64,000 bases of DNA from Chiloscyllium plagiosum (GCF_004010195.1 NC_057718.1:54472749-54536748), one strand, 5' to 3'. Counted from the first letter of the stretch, positions 1-12,230 are shown. Notes: generated by a model from the letters alone, not told the origin. Numbers and translations: made by a program.

Positions 1-596
1 GCTTTGATTTAGATCCTCCGGAGGCCTCCTCTACATCTACTGTAGCTTCCCTTTCTTTTGCTGAGGATTGAGGGTCAGGAACAACAACATCCCCGTCCAA
101 CGCCCCTTCGCCCTCCTCTTGTGAGTCTCTGTTCCCTGTCCCTGTCTGTCTGTCTCTCCTCCTCCCCCATTTTCACCTAACCTGATTTTATAGTACGGGG
201 GGGGAACAGCCAAGAGGATCCCAGGGACTAGGTGGGGCAGAGGAGGAATCCTTTGTCTTTACTACCATCATTCCCAAACTGCCCTTCCAACAGGACGCAT
301 AGTCCGCCTCCACTTGACTAAAAGGTTGTTTTTTATTCACATGCAAATCTAAATACTGACAGACCCAATCCTCGTCTGAACCATACTTTGGCCAGAAGAC
401 AGCCGGACGAAGGATTGGGTCTTTGGTCCATACTAAACAACAATATTTAATCATTTTCTTTTTATCTTTTGCCCTTGTACAAGTATTGCTTGTCCATTCC
501 TGCAACATCCTCCCCAACAGACTTTCAGGAGGAATGTTACCAGGGGGTTTTTCTTCTTCCTTTACTCCGTGACAGCTACTCTGCCTATGCCCCCAT
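1..596 (-). pseudogene. gag: ERV gag 5' part (matrix plus proline/acidic region), HERV-I-like, frameshifted; continues off-window
   Basis: ORF 188..517 plus upstream in-frame codons reads NIPPESLLGRMLQEW..KKKMIKYCCLVWTKDPILRPAVFWPKYGSDED..SCW..WDPL, which closely resembles HERV-I-type Gag matrix as I recall it. ATG at 596 gives MGHRQS (myristoylation-like MGxxxS) if one G is removed from a G5 run. A second shift occurs in the G8 run at 197-204. Confidence 0.8.
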
Positions 597-892
597 TTCG
601 CGGGGCCCTCGTCAGTCCCTCAGCGAGTAAATACCCCTTTTCTCGGCCACCAAGGCAATACTTAAAAGTCAGGTTTCTTACCTTGGTCTGTGCACAGAAT
701 TGCCTGGCCCCTTTTCGCCGTATGTTCTATCGAGCTCCTATCACTGTCTGATTCAGATGTCTGTCTTGTGGGATCCGTACCAGTCGCCCAAGAGAGCGGA
801 CCAAACCGGAACACGAGACCGCTCCTCAATGGGGAATGGGACACGTCTTCCCAGTGTCCAAGGCCAGCCACTCCCCCCGGCGATGGAAGAAC

Positions 893-911
893 ACCCCGGA
901 CAGCCGCGAAT
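893..911 (-). other. Candidate degenerate primer-binding site (tRNA-Pro-like)
   Basis: Directly after the LTR end the minus strand reads aTTCGCGGCTGTCCGGGGT, versus canonical tRNA-Pro PBS TGGGGGCTCGTCCGGGAT; several mismatches. Confidence 0.4.
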
Positions 912-1193
912 TGTGAGAAACAAAGCTCACACACTTCAATAATTGCAGTCCGAGACAAAATCTGAATCAGTAGTGTCCTTTATTATACACTTGCAAGAGG
1001 GTGTGATGTCCAGAGACATACACACCCCGAATTCAATTAAGACACAACATTTATATAATTTGGTTTCTTTTGTTTTACATTGCTCCTCCCCTGTTTACAT
1101 CTTCCACTTCCCTAAGACCGGCCCCCATTACTCCTGTTTGTCTCTTGCCTTATCCGGCCTTGTCTGTGACAAAATGCTTTTTTTGGCCTCACA
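912..1193 (-). mobile_element. 5' LTR of the ERV
   Basis: Inverted termini TGTGAG (912) / CTCACA (1188-1193). On the minus strand TATATAAA (1057-1050) precedes AATAAA (984-979), then the PBS-like site, leader and gag. The distal boundary could lie further out. Confidence 0.6.
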
Positions 1194-1225
1194 AGGCCGT
1201 TTGACCTCATCCCGCTGTAGGTCAT

Positions 1226-1855
1226 TGTTAGGCATATTCTTTCTTCATCATTATCTACTCCCTCCATCTGTGCCTTCCCCTACCATACTGATCCTTATGA
1301 CCCTTTTAATTTGGGTTTTTTCCTGTGTCTCTGTAAAAGTGGGAAACAGATGTTTATACCTACTGTTTGTAGGGTGGAATTGTGAGAGACGATTTCGGTA
1401 CAAATAGTTAAGATGTGCATGACCTCAGAGTCTAAGGGGAATAGAGCTGTGGGGGTAGGGTAAAACATGCTTCTCTATAATAAAGGACGAGACATCTGCT
1501 GCTACAGAGTAGAAAAACAAGTCCTTGATTGATAAGACCACTAACTCTGACAGAGAAGAATAAGTCCTTGACTGATAAGACTACAGGGTAGAAAAACAAC
1601 TCGGGAAACTGTTGCAGACTTTGTGAGAATGTGAACCTCGTGACTCTTTAGAGCTATAGAGAAAAAGGCGCGCCAGGCTAACAATGTTTCTGATTAAATA
1701 CAGTACAAGTACTGTACTGTATTTAATCAGAAACATTGTTAGCCTGGCGCGCCTTTTTCTCAGAAGGGTGCCCAACTCTGCAGACTTGCTAATAAAACTT
1801 TGTTTTCCTGAATTTGTCTAGAGCGATTATTGAGAAGCGATTTTCGTTTCTAACA
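1226..1855 (+). mobile_element. Second LTR-like element (opposite orientation)
   Basis: TGTTAG (1226) ... CTAACA (1850-1855); U3-like direct repeats at ~1500-1600 (GTAGAAAAACAA, AAGTCCTTGA-TGATAAGAC); TATAGA 1655-1660; AATAAA 1791-1796. No TSD seen, so the 5' boundary is uncertain. Confidence 0.55.
1659..1761. repeat. Perfect inverted repeat, 49-bp arms, 5-nt loop
   Basis: 1659-1707 (GAGAAAAAGGCGCGCCAGGCTAACAATGTTTCTGATTAAATACAGTACA) is the exact reverse complement of 1713-1761; loop AGTAC. Confidence 0.97.
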
Positions 1856-2578
1856 GCTACAAAGCCACATTAAAAAGAACCCAAACTGCATTTGCCTGCT
1901 GGGACTTAGTGACTGTTAAGTCTGATATTTTCCAGCATCACATTTTTCAACTCTGGTCTCCAGCATCTGCAGTCCTCACTTTCTCCTTATTATAAACTAA
2001 TGTATTGCAAAATATTCATACAGAAATACACACAGCTTTAAGACAGCAACCAAGTTTTGAACACTCACATCTGGGTTCACAAATTTGTCAGACCTTTCAC
2101 TCCCACATAACATTAAAATTACACTTGGCCTTGAACAGCTGAACAAATTCACAGTCGGTTGACTGATAACCTGAGTTGATATTGATGAAATTGTGCAAGG
2201 TATGTCTCAAATATTTATATTAAATTTCCAGGTATGCATTTATGGAGTTCCTCATCTGCAATCCTACTTTCAAAGATCTGTGTAATTGTACAGAGATCCT
2301 CTGTTCCTTTGCTGCAATCACTTTTTCCATGAAAACATGATAATTTGTTCTTATCAAAAATATCTGCTTCACCTTCTGAATTCCATTTTTCACATGTGTC
2401 CATGTTCTTCTGAAGTAGAATGTCCTTTCTTCCTCAGTTTGGCATAGAACCATACAACATTTACATAGGTGGTGGTAATTCAGTTCAAGTTGCTTAACCT
2501 TCTCCAGGAGAACAACCCCAGTTTGTCTAGTCTCACAATATAACTGAAATCTTTCATTCTTGGCAATATCTACTAAGT

Positions 2579-2661
2579 GCTGAAAATGTGTTGCTGGAAA
2601 AGCGCAGCAGGTCAGGCAGCATCCAAGTAACAGGAGAATCGACGTTTCGGGCATAAGCCCT
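2579..2661 (-). mobile_element. Short Penelope-pLTR-derived insertion with truncated hammerhead
   Basis: Minus strand AAGGGCTTATGCCCGAAACGTCGATTCTCCTG...; 10-bp TSD TCTACTAAGT at 2569-2578 and 2662-2671. Confidence 0.75.
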
Positions 2662-4903
2662 TCTACTAAGTATCTTCTGAGCCCTGTCTGTAGCCAAAGT
2701 GTGATGTCCAGTTATTAGACACAATAGACTGTATGGGCCATAACCAGAGGTTAGAATAACTTCTGTGCTTCTATGCCTCCATTTATAAAGCTAAAAATCA
2801 AAAATACCTTTTTAACAGCCTCCTCAACTTGTCCTTATACTTCCAAAGACCGATATAAATACAATGAAAGTTTTTGCACTCCCTTTAAATCATACTTGCA
2901 ATATTGCCTCTCCTCATTCTTCCTACCAAAATTAATGACATGACATTTCTCTGCTTGAAGGAGAACTTGCAGATAGTGGTGTTCCCATGCATCAACTGCT
3001 CTTACGCTTCTAGCTCTCAGGTGGTTTTGTGTTCAAAACACATTTCACTGACTTGAACACAGAAACCTAGGTCCATATTCCACTTTAGCATTGAAGGGTA
3101 GTTATGCTATTAGAGAAGAGGTCTTCTGGACAAGACATTTAACTGAGGCTCAATCTATCTCTCAAGCGAATACAAAAGATCATGTCAGTATTTCAAAGAG
3201 CAGGAGAGGTGTTCTCAGCATTCTAGTAAATTCTTAATACTCAACCAACAACACAAAAATAAAATATCTAGACATTACATTGCAGTTTTTGGGAATTTGC
3301 TGTGCACACATAAATTGGCTACCATGTTTCCTGTACAACGACTTTTCAAAAGTACTTCATTGATTATAAATGGTTTCAGGGAATGTCTGAAGGACTTGAA
3401 AAGCACTGTAAGCAACATCCATCATCCTAAAAGTCACTGCTGAACAGTTATATTTAGATATTGGGAATTCTGAAGTGAATAACTCACTCCAAGCTGTACC
3501 ATATTCCCATTAAACCTCTGATGACCCAACTTTGCTTGATGGCTCACAAAAAAGCTGATACTGTCATTTGTTCTCTTCAGGTACTGTTCCCTGTTCAAAT
3601 ATGCCTTCAACATCCCTCACCAAAGGAAGAAAAAACACTTACCCCCTCAACTCTCCAAATTACCGCCCATTTCCAACCTCCCTTTCCTGTCCAAAGTCTT
3701 TGAACTTGTTGGTGCCTCCCAAATCCATGCTCAGCAATCCTATAACTCAGTATTTAAAACTCTTAAACCAAGTTTCCATCCTGAAAGAGTACGAAAACAG
3801 CTTTTGTTTTTAAATCAACTTGTTCAAACATGTTCCGACACACCTTCAGGGAGGTGACCTCAGACCTTCTGGCCCATAGATAAAGACACAACCAATGCCA
3901 CAAGATCCCCTGAAACAACTTTTGGGATGCAATTTTTAACTTTGATGTGACTTTAACCCTCCTTATCCGTGCTTTAGTTACCTTGAGACTTGACTATTTC
4001 AATATACACCTAGCTGTTCTTGCAAGCTCTTCCTTTAATAAACTTTGGATCATCAAAAACTCTACTATCCTTATCCTAACTCACATCCAATCCCTTTCAA
4101 CCACCACTCATGTGCTCACTGTGCCCCACACTGGTTCCCTCTTAATAAACATCGCAATTTTATCATTTATCATTGTTTCCAAATCAATTCACTGACTTGC
4201 CCCTTCCTGACTCTAATATTATCTAGCACCATAAGTCTCCATTATTTGCACTGCTCAAACTCTGGCCTCAGCATTTCCAAGTATAATTGTTCTAGCATTG
4301 GCAGTGGCTTCAACTGTCAAAACCCTAAGCTCTGGCTTTCCCATCGCCAATACATCTCATTCTTTCTTGAAGATATTCTTATATGCATTTGCCAATTTGT
4401 TCAAATATATATCCCTTTAAAATAAGTTTTGTTTTAGACCACTGTTGGGAAGTTCCTTCAAGTTTTAATCTAAAGGTGCTATATAAATACAGGTTGCTGC
4501 TGTTGTGAGATGGGAGATCCTGGAAAAATTAATATCAATAAAAAGTTATTATGCTCAATGGATGATACCTCCAAATGTTACTGCGCTGCTCAGTAACCGT
4601 TCTTCAATCTTAGGGATAATGAATTTTCAGTTGGTGTCTTTACAGTAGCCATGTAGAAAGCAGTACATTTGATGGCATTCTGATCACATGGAGTTCCAAT
4701 GTCAAATCCCACAGAAAATCTGTGCGCAAGCGTAAATAATTGCCCATTGAGCATAATGATCATAAAGTATTATCCTATAATAAGACAAATGCAAATATAC
4801 TTTTAAACAATATTACAATGTCTGTGGATGTAGCTGCTTAGCTAATAAATATTTTAAATTACAATTCCTGTGCAATTGTAAGCTTTAAAAGTTGCAAGCT
4901 TAC

Positions 4904-5101
4904 CTCCGAGAAAAAGCCATGCACAATGGCGATAGGCAGTCATACAATGGGCACTCTTGGGCATTGGGACTGTAACCTGCCTGTAGTAACATTTTTAAGC
5001 ATGTTTGCTGTCCTCCATACACGGCTGAATAGACTGGGCTCACTTTATTCCTTTCTGTATCACATATTCGATCAGTGATTGGTATCAAAAATTCCAATAC
5101 C
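4904..5101 (-). CDS. ASB3: ASB3 coding exon 6 (198 nt; [30 protein letters not shown]...PLCMAFSR)
   Basis: Matches vertebrate ASB3 ([30 protein letters not shown]...); AG at 5103-5102, GT at 4903-4902; phase consistent with the previous exon. Confidence 0.93.
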
Positions 5102-5619
5102 CTGCCAAAAATCCATGTATGAAATTAGTTTTCATTTGCACACATCAGAAACACAAAAAATGTTTTTGGTTCTTAGCTTAAAATACAAATAGTGCAAGAC
5201 TTTGAATGCTCATACAGCCAATGTAATATTTATAAATTTATTCTAATCAATGTTGTAAAAACACAAGCCATAAAGAATTTTAAGTAGATTGGGCTAGATC
5301 TCTTACAAGTTGATTTAAGATAATTGTTTTGGTTAAGGTTACTCAAGAGAACCATTTCTGTATTTGAGCTGGTATAGTCATCATAGCAATGAATCTCAAC
5401 AAAATGCCAAGTAGAAACACACAGATGGCAATCTAGAAAATGAAAAATATTGTCCTCAAAAGTCAACAATTTCTGAGCAATCCTGATATGTGAAAGCAGA
5501 TAAATACAAGGCCTTTGTAATGTAAGCAATAGGGATATGCAACATTTCTTCACCTTTACTGCGAGGAAAATATATGTGGGAGTCTGAGGGTGAAACCCAA
5601 AACCCTCTCTGATGAAGAA

Positions 5620-5800
5620 AAGTATGCCATATGCCTTCTTGATCACTCTACCAACCTGCATTGCCGCCTTCAGGGAACAATGGACCTGAACACCTAGATC
5701 TCTCTGTACATAAATTTTTCCCAGGACTTTTCCATTTACTGTATAGTCCACTCTTGATTTGGATCTTTCAAAATGCATCACCTCGCATTTACCCGGTGAA
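5620..5800 (-). mobile_element. CR1 LINE RT fragment
   Basis: KCEVMHF..YTVNGKVLG..QRDLGVQVH..LK motif in ORF 5230..5814. Confidence 0.8.
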
Positions 5801-5846
5801 AATTTTCCAAACATAACTTACTCAAAGTATATGTCAGAGCACTCAC

Positions 5847-6024
5847 TTGACTTTCCCCATCTGGGCAGCAGCATGAATGGGCAACTGCCAATCATCTTCA
5901 CTACAGTAAAGGTTTGTATCGGCACCATTTGACAACAGCAGTTCAACACATTCTACATGGCCTTCCTGAGCTGCTATAAACAAAGGTGTGGCCTTATCAA
6001 AGGCCTGGCAATTAACATCACTAC
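5847..6024 (-). CDS. ASB3: ASB3 coding exon 5 (178 nt; [60 protein letters not shown])
   Basis: Manual translation gives ankyrin repeats matching ASB3; TTTTGCAG acceptor and GTGAGT donor. Not in the ORF track. Confidence 0.95.
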
Positions 6025-6744
6025 CTGCAAAATAGATTCAATAGGTTAGTCCACTGCAAATTCAGTTCATGTCTCATGGATTAAAAAAAAGTTATGTTAG
6101 AAGGCTATTGTGCATGAATATTAAAATACAAGCAAACTATTTCGTTACTGAGCATCTAAGCATTTTCACCATTATTTTGTAATTAGACAAAATAATCTGA
6201 ATGCATCTGTATGACAGAAGAATTTATCCAAGTGTTCAATCTAATAAGGCCCAATTTGTATGCAAATCATTTTTATAAAAGCAGCATTAATTATATGGAT
6301 AGAATGCAGTATGACAGCAAATCTTCTTTTAAATTTCACTATTTTTTAGTGTACACTACAATTGAGAACAGTTCTGGATTTCATGTTTCAGGAACATCTG
6401 GCTCTTACATAAGCACTTCTTTTACATGCAAATTCTATGCCAATCCATTTACCCAGCTGATAATGTTAATGGGGAAGACGGAATCCAAATTATTTGTCAG
6501 GTATCAACTGCAGATTAGTTTATTGATACAGAAATCTGAACCATGCTTAAAAGGTATCCCTGCAGATTTCCATCTTTCACCTGCTAAAACTTCTGCTGTT
6601 AATTTTTTAGAACTCTAAATAATATGTTCTCCAATCACACTTGGAAGACAGCTGATAAAGACATAAAAAAACTAAATCAACAGCTTGTAATTCAAATTCA
6701 TCTGCAAAAGTTAACTCACCTTATTTTTTCTGACATGTTACAAT

Positions 6745-7215
6745 AGGAAAGATGTTGTTACACTCGGGAGGGTACAGAAAAGATTTACAAGGATGTTGCC
6801 AGGACTGGAGGGTTTGAGCTACAGAGATAGGCTGAATAGACTGGGGCTTTTTTCTCCCTGAAGAGTCAGAGTCTAAGAGTGACCTTATAGAAGTTTATAA
6901 AATCATAAGGAGCATGGATAACCTGAATAGTCAACGTATTTTTCCTCAGGTGCAGAACCCAAAACTTGAGAGCATAAGTCTACAGTCAGAGGAAAAAGAT
7001 TTAAAAAGATCCTGAGGGGTAGCTTTTTCACACAGAGGGTGGTATGTGTCGAGAATAAGCTTCCAGAGGATGTGGTGGTGGCAAGTACAATTACCACATT
7101 TGAAAGGCATCTAGATGGGTACATGAACAGGAAAGATTTAGAGGGACATGGGCCAAATGCTGGCAAATGGGACTAGATTGGGATGTCTCGTCAGCATGGA
7201 TGAGTTGGACTGAAA
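6745..7215 (+). mobile_element. CR1 LINE 3' fragment
   Basis: Encodes the RKDV..L.RVQKRFTRMLPGLEGLSY.. end of ORF2 and the 3' UTR shared with other copies. Confidence 0.85.
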
Positions 7216-9649
7216 GAGTCATACAGCTTGGAAAGAGACCTATCAAATAATTTAATCAGGCAAAACCAAGAGAAATATGTCTCATTCAAGTGAAAAAGCC
7301 TGCTACTCCAAAGTGTACAAGCAAAGAACTAGCTAAAGCATTGATTAAATACCAAAATGTTCAATCCAAAAAATAGAAGCAATTTCCCAAGCAAACCCTG
7401 TATCAATTGAAATAGTTATTGTACAGCATCTTGCCCAGTTATTTATCAATAGTAACATTCTATCTCAAGTAGCACAATGGGAGAACCTGTTTTCAAGGTC
7501 AACTAATTAGAGAAACAAAGCATTGAATGAAATTGCTTTATTCTCACTGGTTAAACTGGTTTCAGAACATTAGTGGTAGTTTGTTATGGAGGAAATATTC
7601 ATAATTTATGTGCATGCTAAATTTTGTTTATATATTTATCCATGGGAAGTAAATATTGCAGGCAAGACGAACATTTGTTGTTCATCCCTAATTCCCCTCA
7701 ATAAAGTGATACAGAACAACGTTCTTCATCCATTGCCATTCACATGGCACAAGTACAACCACAACGCTGTTAGAAAGAGTTGACTCATCAATAGTAACGG
7801 AATGGGAATACTTTTGAGTTCATGATGGTTTGCAACTTGAAGGAGAACTTGCAGGTAGTGGTGTTCCCATGCATCAGCTGCTCTTACGCATCTAGCTCTC
7901 AGGTTTAGAGTGTGCTGCTTTAGAGAGTTTAGCAAGTTTTTGGCACACTCTGTTAATACAATGTGCTGATGGTAGAGGAAGTGAATGGTTAAGCTGGTGG
8001 ATGGAGTACTGATCCATCAAGCAAATCTGTCCTGGATAACATCCTACCTCTGCGCCAGCACGCCCAGGTTCAAGTCCCACCTGCTCCAGAGATGTGTAAT
8101 GATACCACCAAACAAGTTGATTAGAAAATATTTACAGTGAGTAGCTTCTGCAGAAAATTCCGAAGATGGCTGGTCTCAAATAAACGCAAGTATGTTTCCT
8201 GGCAAAACACAAACTTAAGGCACAAGTTGCAAATGTTGGGGAATTGTGTGAGAAGACAGCTGAGGTTATTCCTAATATTGAAATAACTCATTGCATTTTC
8301 ACATGGAGTTCCAGCTGATGCAATGAGATTCTCACAAGGTACTACTACTCATTAATAGCCTCAGGAACACTGAATCTTGTCTCATTAACATGCAGCTTCC
8401 TATTCTGCCACCCACTGTGAGCAAACTGGACATCAACAATTACCAACATGAAAGTCAGATCAGGTAATTGGCAACTTCAGGTTGCTATTTGCTCCCTCAG
8501 ACTGCCAGCTTGGACATGTGGCAACATCTCAGGACACAGGCCATTTGCATCTCATGTCCATGGGTACAGGCACCTGACAACTAGCAGAACCTTCACAGCA
8601 TTGATCTGGTCCACTTCTGCACTTTAAAGCTTCATTAAGGGGTGCTCCAGCAACTACTATTTAAATGTCGCTGCAAGGAAACTCTGCACGAAGGGATGAG
8701 TACAGGTTGGGAGAACTGACTATACATCAAAGCTCCTTGCGTACTCTCATTGTACTCACTCACTTAACACCTACCTGGATGGTTGTAGCATTCCTCCTTT
8801 GCTTACTCTTGCCTTGGCCTGTCATGTGTTTTCACACATTGACACTTCAGTCAGGGCCTAACTGCTCACAGTATGCCATGCTGACTTGCTGTTTATGCAC
8901 ACAATGAGCAACGCTGCTAACTAGGTTCGCAAATAGCGATCAGTTCAGGCGGACATCTTGCTGTATGGCACAATAAGACATCAATTTCTCACCTACAGCA
9001 GGTGGGAGTTGTCGAGGCAACAAACACACTGCATGATTTTTCATCCAAATGGGTCAGGTCTCATTGTTTATGGGAAGTAGTCCTTCATTAAATCAAAGAG
9101 GGCTGCTGTCATACAGGGAGTCTCACAAACATCAGTTAAACAGAGTCCACACGTAGTCCAGCTTTTGCCACGGTCATTTGCCCACTTGGGACAGTGACTG
9201 TCAGGTAATATCTGATTAAACTCCAGACAGTGGGCTATACTCAATTCTATAAGGCTATTGCAAGCAGTCAGGGGAAATCATGCTTCATCAGTTATGGAAC
9301 TGCAAGGGTAGCAGTCAGCTGCCTAGTCAGTCTTTCCTGGGGCTGTCCATCAAAATCAGTCTTGGAGCTAGAAAACAGTCTGTTCTTGCAGGAGCTCTGT
9401 AGTGACAGTAGATGAATGAAAAAGAAGAAAGCTTTGGTAGGGGAATGAGCAGTGACCACCACAATTATTTCCAGGGGGTAGGGTACAGAACCCCAATGGG
9501 CATCAGTACAGTGTAATGTTGAGGCTCAAGGGCTAGAAGACTAAAGCTGGAGATGGAGCCCTATGTGGTGAATTTCTACATTTTGTGGTGAGACAAGCGA
9601 GAAATTGGAGAAAAATTGGCTATCTGGCTAGAGCAAGATAAAAAGGCTA

Positions 9650-11630
9650 CCATAAGACCACAAGATATTGGAGCAGAATTACGCCATTTGGCCCATTGCA
9701 TCTGCTCCGTTATTCATTCATGGCTAATATATTTCTCAACTCCATTCTCCTGCTTCTTCTTGTAACTTTTGATCACCTTACTAATCAAGAACCTATACAT
9801 ACTTAAAAATACTCAATGGCTTGGCCTCCATAGCCTCCTATGGCAATGAGTTCCACAGATTCATCACCCTCTGGCTGAAGAAATTCCTCCTCAACTCAGT
9901 TCTAAAGGTTTGTCCTTTATTCGGAGGCTATGCCCTCAGGTCCTAGTCTCGCTGACTATTGGAAAGATCTTCTCTATGTCCATTCCAGGCCTCTCAGTAT
10001 GCTGTAAATTTCAATCAGACTCTCTCCTTCAACCTTCGGCACTTAATCGAATACAGTCCCAAGGTCCTCAACTCCTCTCATGACAAGTTCTTTAACCCTG
10101 GGATCATTTTTGGAAACCTTTTCTGGATGATCCCCAATGTCAGCACATACTTCCTTTTATACAGGGCCCAAAAGTGTTCACAATATTTCAAATACGGTCT
10201 CACCAGTGTCTGATACAGCCTCAGTCATACATCCCTGCTTTTGCATTCTAGCCCTCTTGAAACAAATGCTATCATTGCATTTGCCTTCCTAACTGTCAGC
10301 TGAAACTACATGTTAACCTTCAGAGAATCTTGAGCTGGGACTCAAGTCTTTGTGCTTCAGATTTCCAAAGCTTTCTCCCTTGAAAAATATAATCAATGCC
10401 TCTATTCTTCCGACCAAAGTACATGAGCTCATATTTTCACACTGTATTCCCACCCGCCCTTTCTTAGTCCACTCTCCTGGCCTGTCCAAGTCTTTCGGCA
10501 GCCTCCCCACCATCTCAACACTACCTGTCCCTCCACCTATCTTTGTGCCACCTGCTAACTTAGCAACAATGCCCTCAGTTCCTTCATCCAGATAATTAAT
10601 GTATAATATGAATAGTGGTCCCAACTCTGACCCAGTGGAAATCCACTAGTCATCGGCTGCCATCCGGAAAAACCTCTAACTCCATTCTCGTCCATCTGTC
10701 AGTCAACTAGTCCTCTATCCATGCCAGAACTTTGTCCCTAACACCACCGTCTCTTATTTAGTTAGCAGCCTCTAGTGTCGCAACTTATTAAAGGTCTTCT
10801 GGAAATCTAAATAGATCTCGTCCACTGGCTCTCCTTTGCCTAGCTTGCTTGTTATCTTCTCAAAGAATTTTAAACAGGTTTGTCAGGCATGACTTTACTT
10901 TGACAAAGCCATGCTGGCTCAGCCGTATTGTATTCTGCACTTCCAAGTACTCTACAAACTCATCCTTAATATTGACTGTAAAATCTTACCATGTCGAAGG
11001 TGAGGTTAACTGACCTTTAGTTTCCAGTCTTCTGTCTACCTCCCTTCTTAAATTTTCCAGTGCTCTGGGATCATCCCGGACTCTGGTCATTCCTGAAAAG
11101 ATCACCACCAATTCCTCTACAGTCGCCTTGGCTATCTCCTTCAGGAATCTAGGCCGTAGGCCATCTGGGATCTAGGCCATCTGGGATCTGGGCGATTTAT
11201 CCACCTACAGATCGTTCAGCTTCTCCAGCATTAGGGATGGGCACTTCAGTCACCTCTGCCCTCTGACTCCCTTGAAGTTCTGGTATGCTACTGGTGTCTT
11301 ACACCATGAAGATTGACACAAATTACCTATTCAGTTTTCTGTCATTTCTTTATTCTCAATTACTACTTCTCCAGCCTCATTTTCCAGCAGTCCAATTCTA
11401 CTCTTGCCTCTCTCTTACCTTTCATATATCTGTAAAAACTCTTGCAATCTTCTTTTATGTTACTAGTGAGCTTACCCTCATATTTCATCATCTCCCACCT
11501 TCTTGCTTTTTCAGTTGTCCTCTGCTGCTTTTTAAAAGACTTCCCAATCCTCTGGCTTCCCATTAATCTTCATCACATTAAATATATTTTCTTTTGCTTT
11601 TATCCTGTCCCTGAATTCCCTTGTCAGTCC
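9650..11630 (-). mobile_element. CR1-clade LINE (second subfamily), degenerate RT
   Basis: ORF 10313..10624 (LFILYINYLDEGTEGIVAKLAGGTKIGG) and ORF 11363..11563 (LTSNIKEDCKSFYRYMKGK); short-repeat 3' tail near 9650. Confidence 0.8.
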
Positions 11631-11949
11631 ATGAGTATCTTCATTGCTGATTCTTCAATTATGCTGTAATAGATAGTGGTGTACCTCAACAGTGTTTGAC
11701 TAAACTTTATTTGGAAAGGCTGGACAAAGCAAGCAAAAATAGGATCAAAGAATAGGAAAACTCCACCTACATTCCACTTGGGGATGATAATTTGTTATCA
11801 ACTTTAAAGCATGCTCCTGTGTGAAATTGCAGGACTACATAATTTCATTATGAGGACATCATCCAGAGTAACATCCAATCATTATTAATCATTCTTTAAA
11901 AAGTGTGCAAACACGTTTGTGAAATGACAAAGTATTTCTATTTGGTAAC

Positions 11950-12230
11950 ACAGTAAGCTTGCAATTAATGGAATCCAGACATTTTTGTATTCTATTCAAG
12001 AAATCTGGAATTTTTCATCAGAAGGTCCAAGAAGTATAATTGACATCAGCAGATAGAAGTCAGGCTGATAGGAAGAGGGTTATATGGAAAGTGCAGAAAC
12101 AATTTACTCATTCCTCATCACAACAATCAAAGCTACTGTTAATGAATGCCAGAGTTGTGGATAAAGAATACAAATCACTTGTAGAACAGATCACATTACA
12201 ATGTGACATATGTATTAAATATTGAAGGTA
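11950..12230 (+). mobile_element. Degenerate LTR-retrotransposon integrase zinc-finger fragment (Copia-like)
   Basis: ORF 12040..12225 KVQKQFTHSS..LL..A...D......V....CDICIKY resembles an eroded HHCC domain; first His lost. Confidence 0.4.

Noticed and set aside
631-655. TGGTGGCC on the minus strand resembling a tRNA-Ile PBS
   Set aside because: Only 8 nt match and it lies ~260 nt from the LTR end, inside the leader.
2215-2654. ORFs 2215..2403 and 2220..2654 as a possible next ASB3 exon
   Set aside because: No similarity to ASB3; the sequence is eroded CR1 plus a pLTR insertion.
5230-5814. 194-aa ORF
   Set aside because: CR1 fragment read through into AT-rich intron; not a gene.
8250-9540. 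GC-elevated stretch that might be an old DNA-transposon relic
   Set aside because: No recognisable motif, terminal repeats or TSD by eye.
11155-11192. Short tandem duplication (TAGGCCATCTGGGATC x2); similar one at 36677-36716
   Set aside because: Ordinary slippage inside dead LINEs; not a CRISPR-like array.
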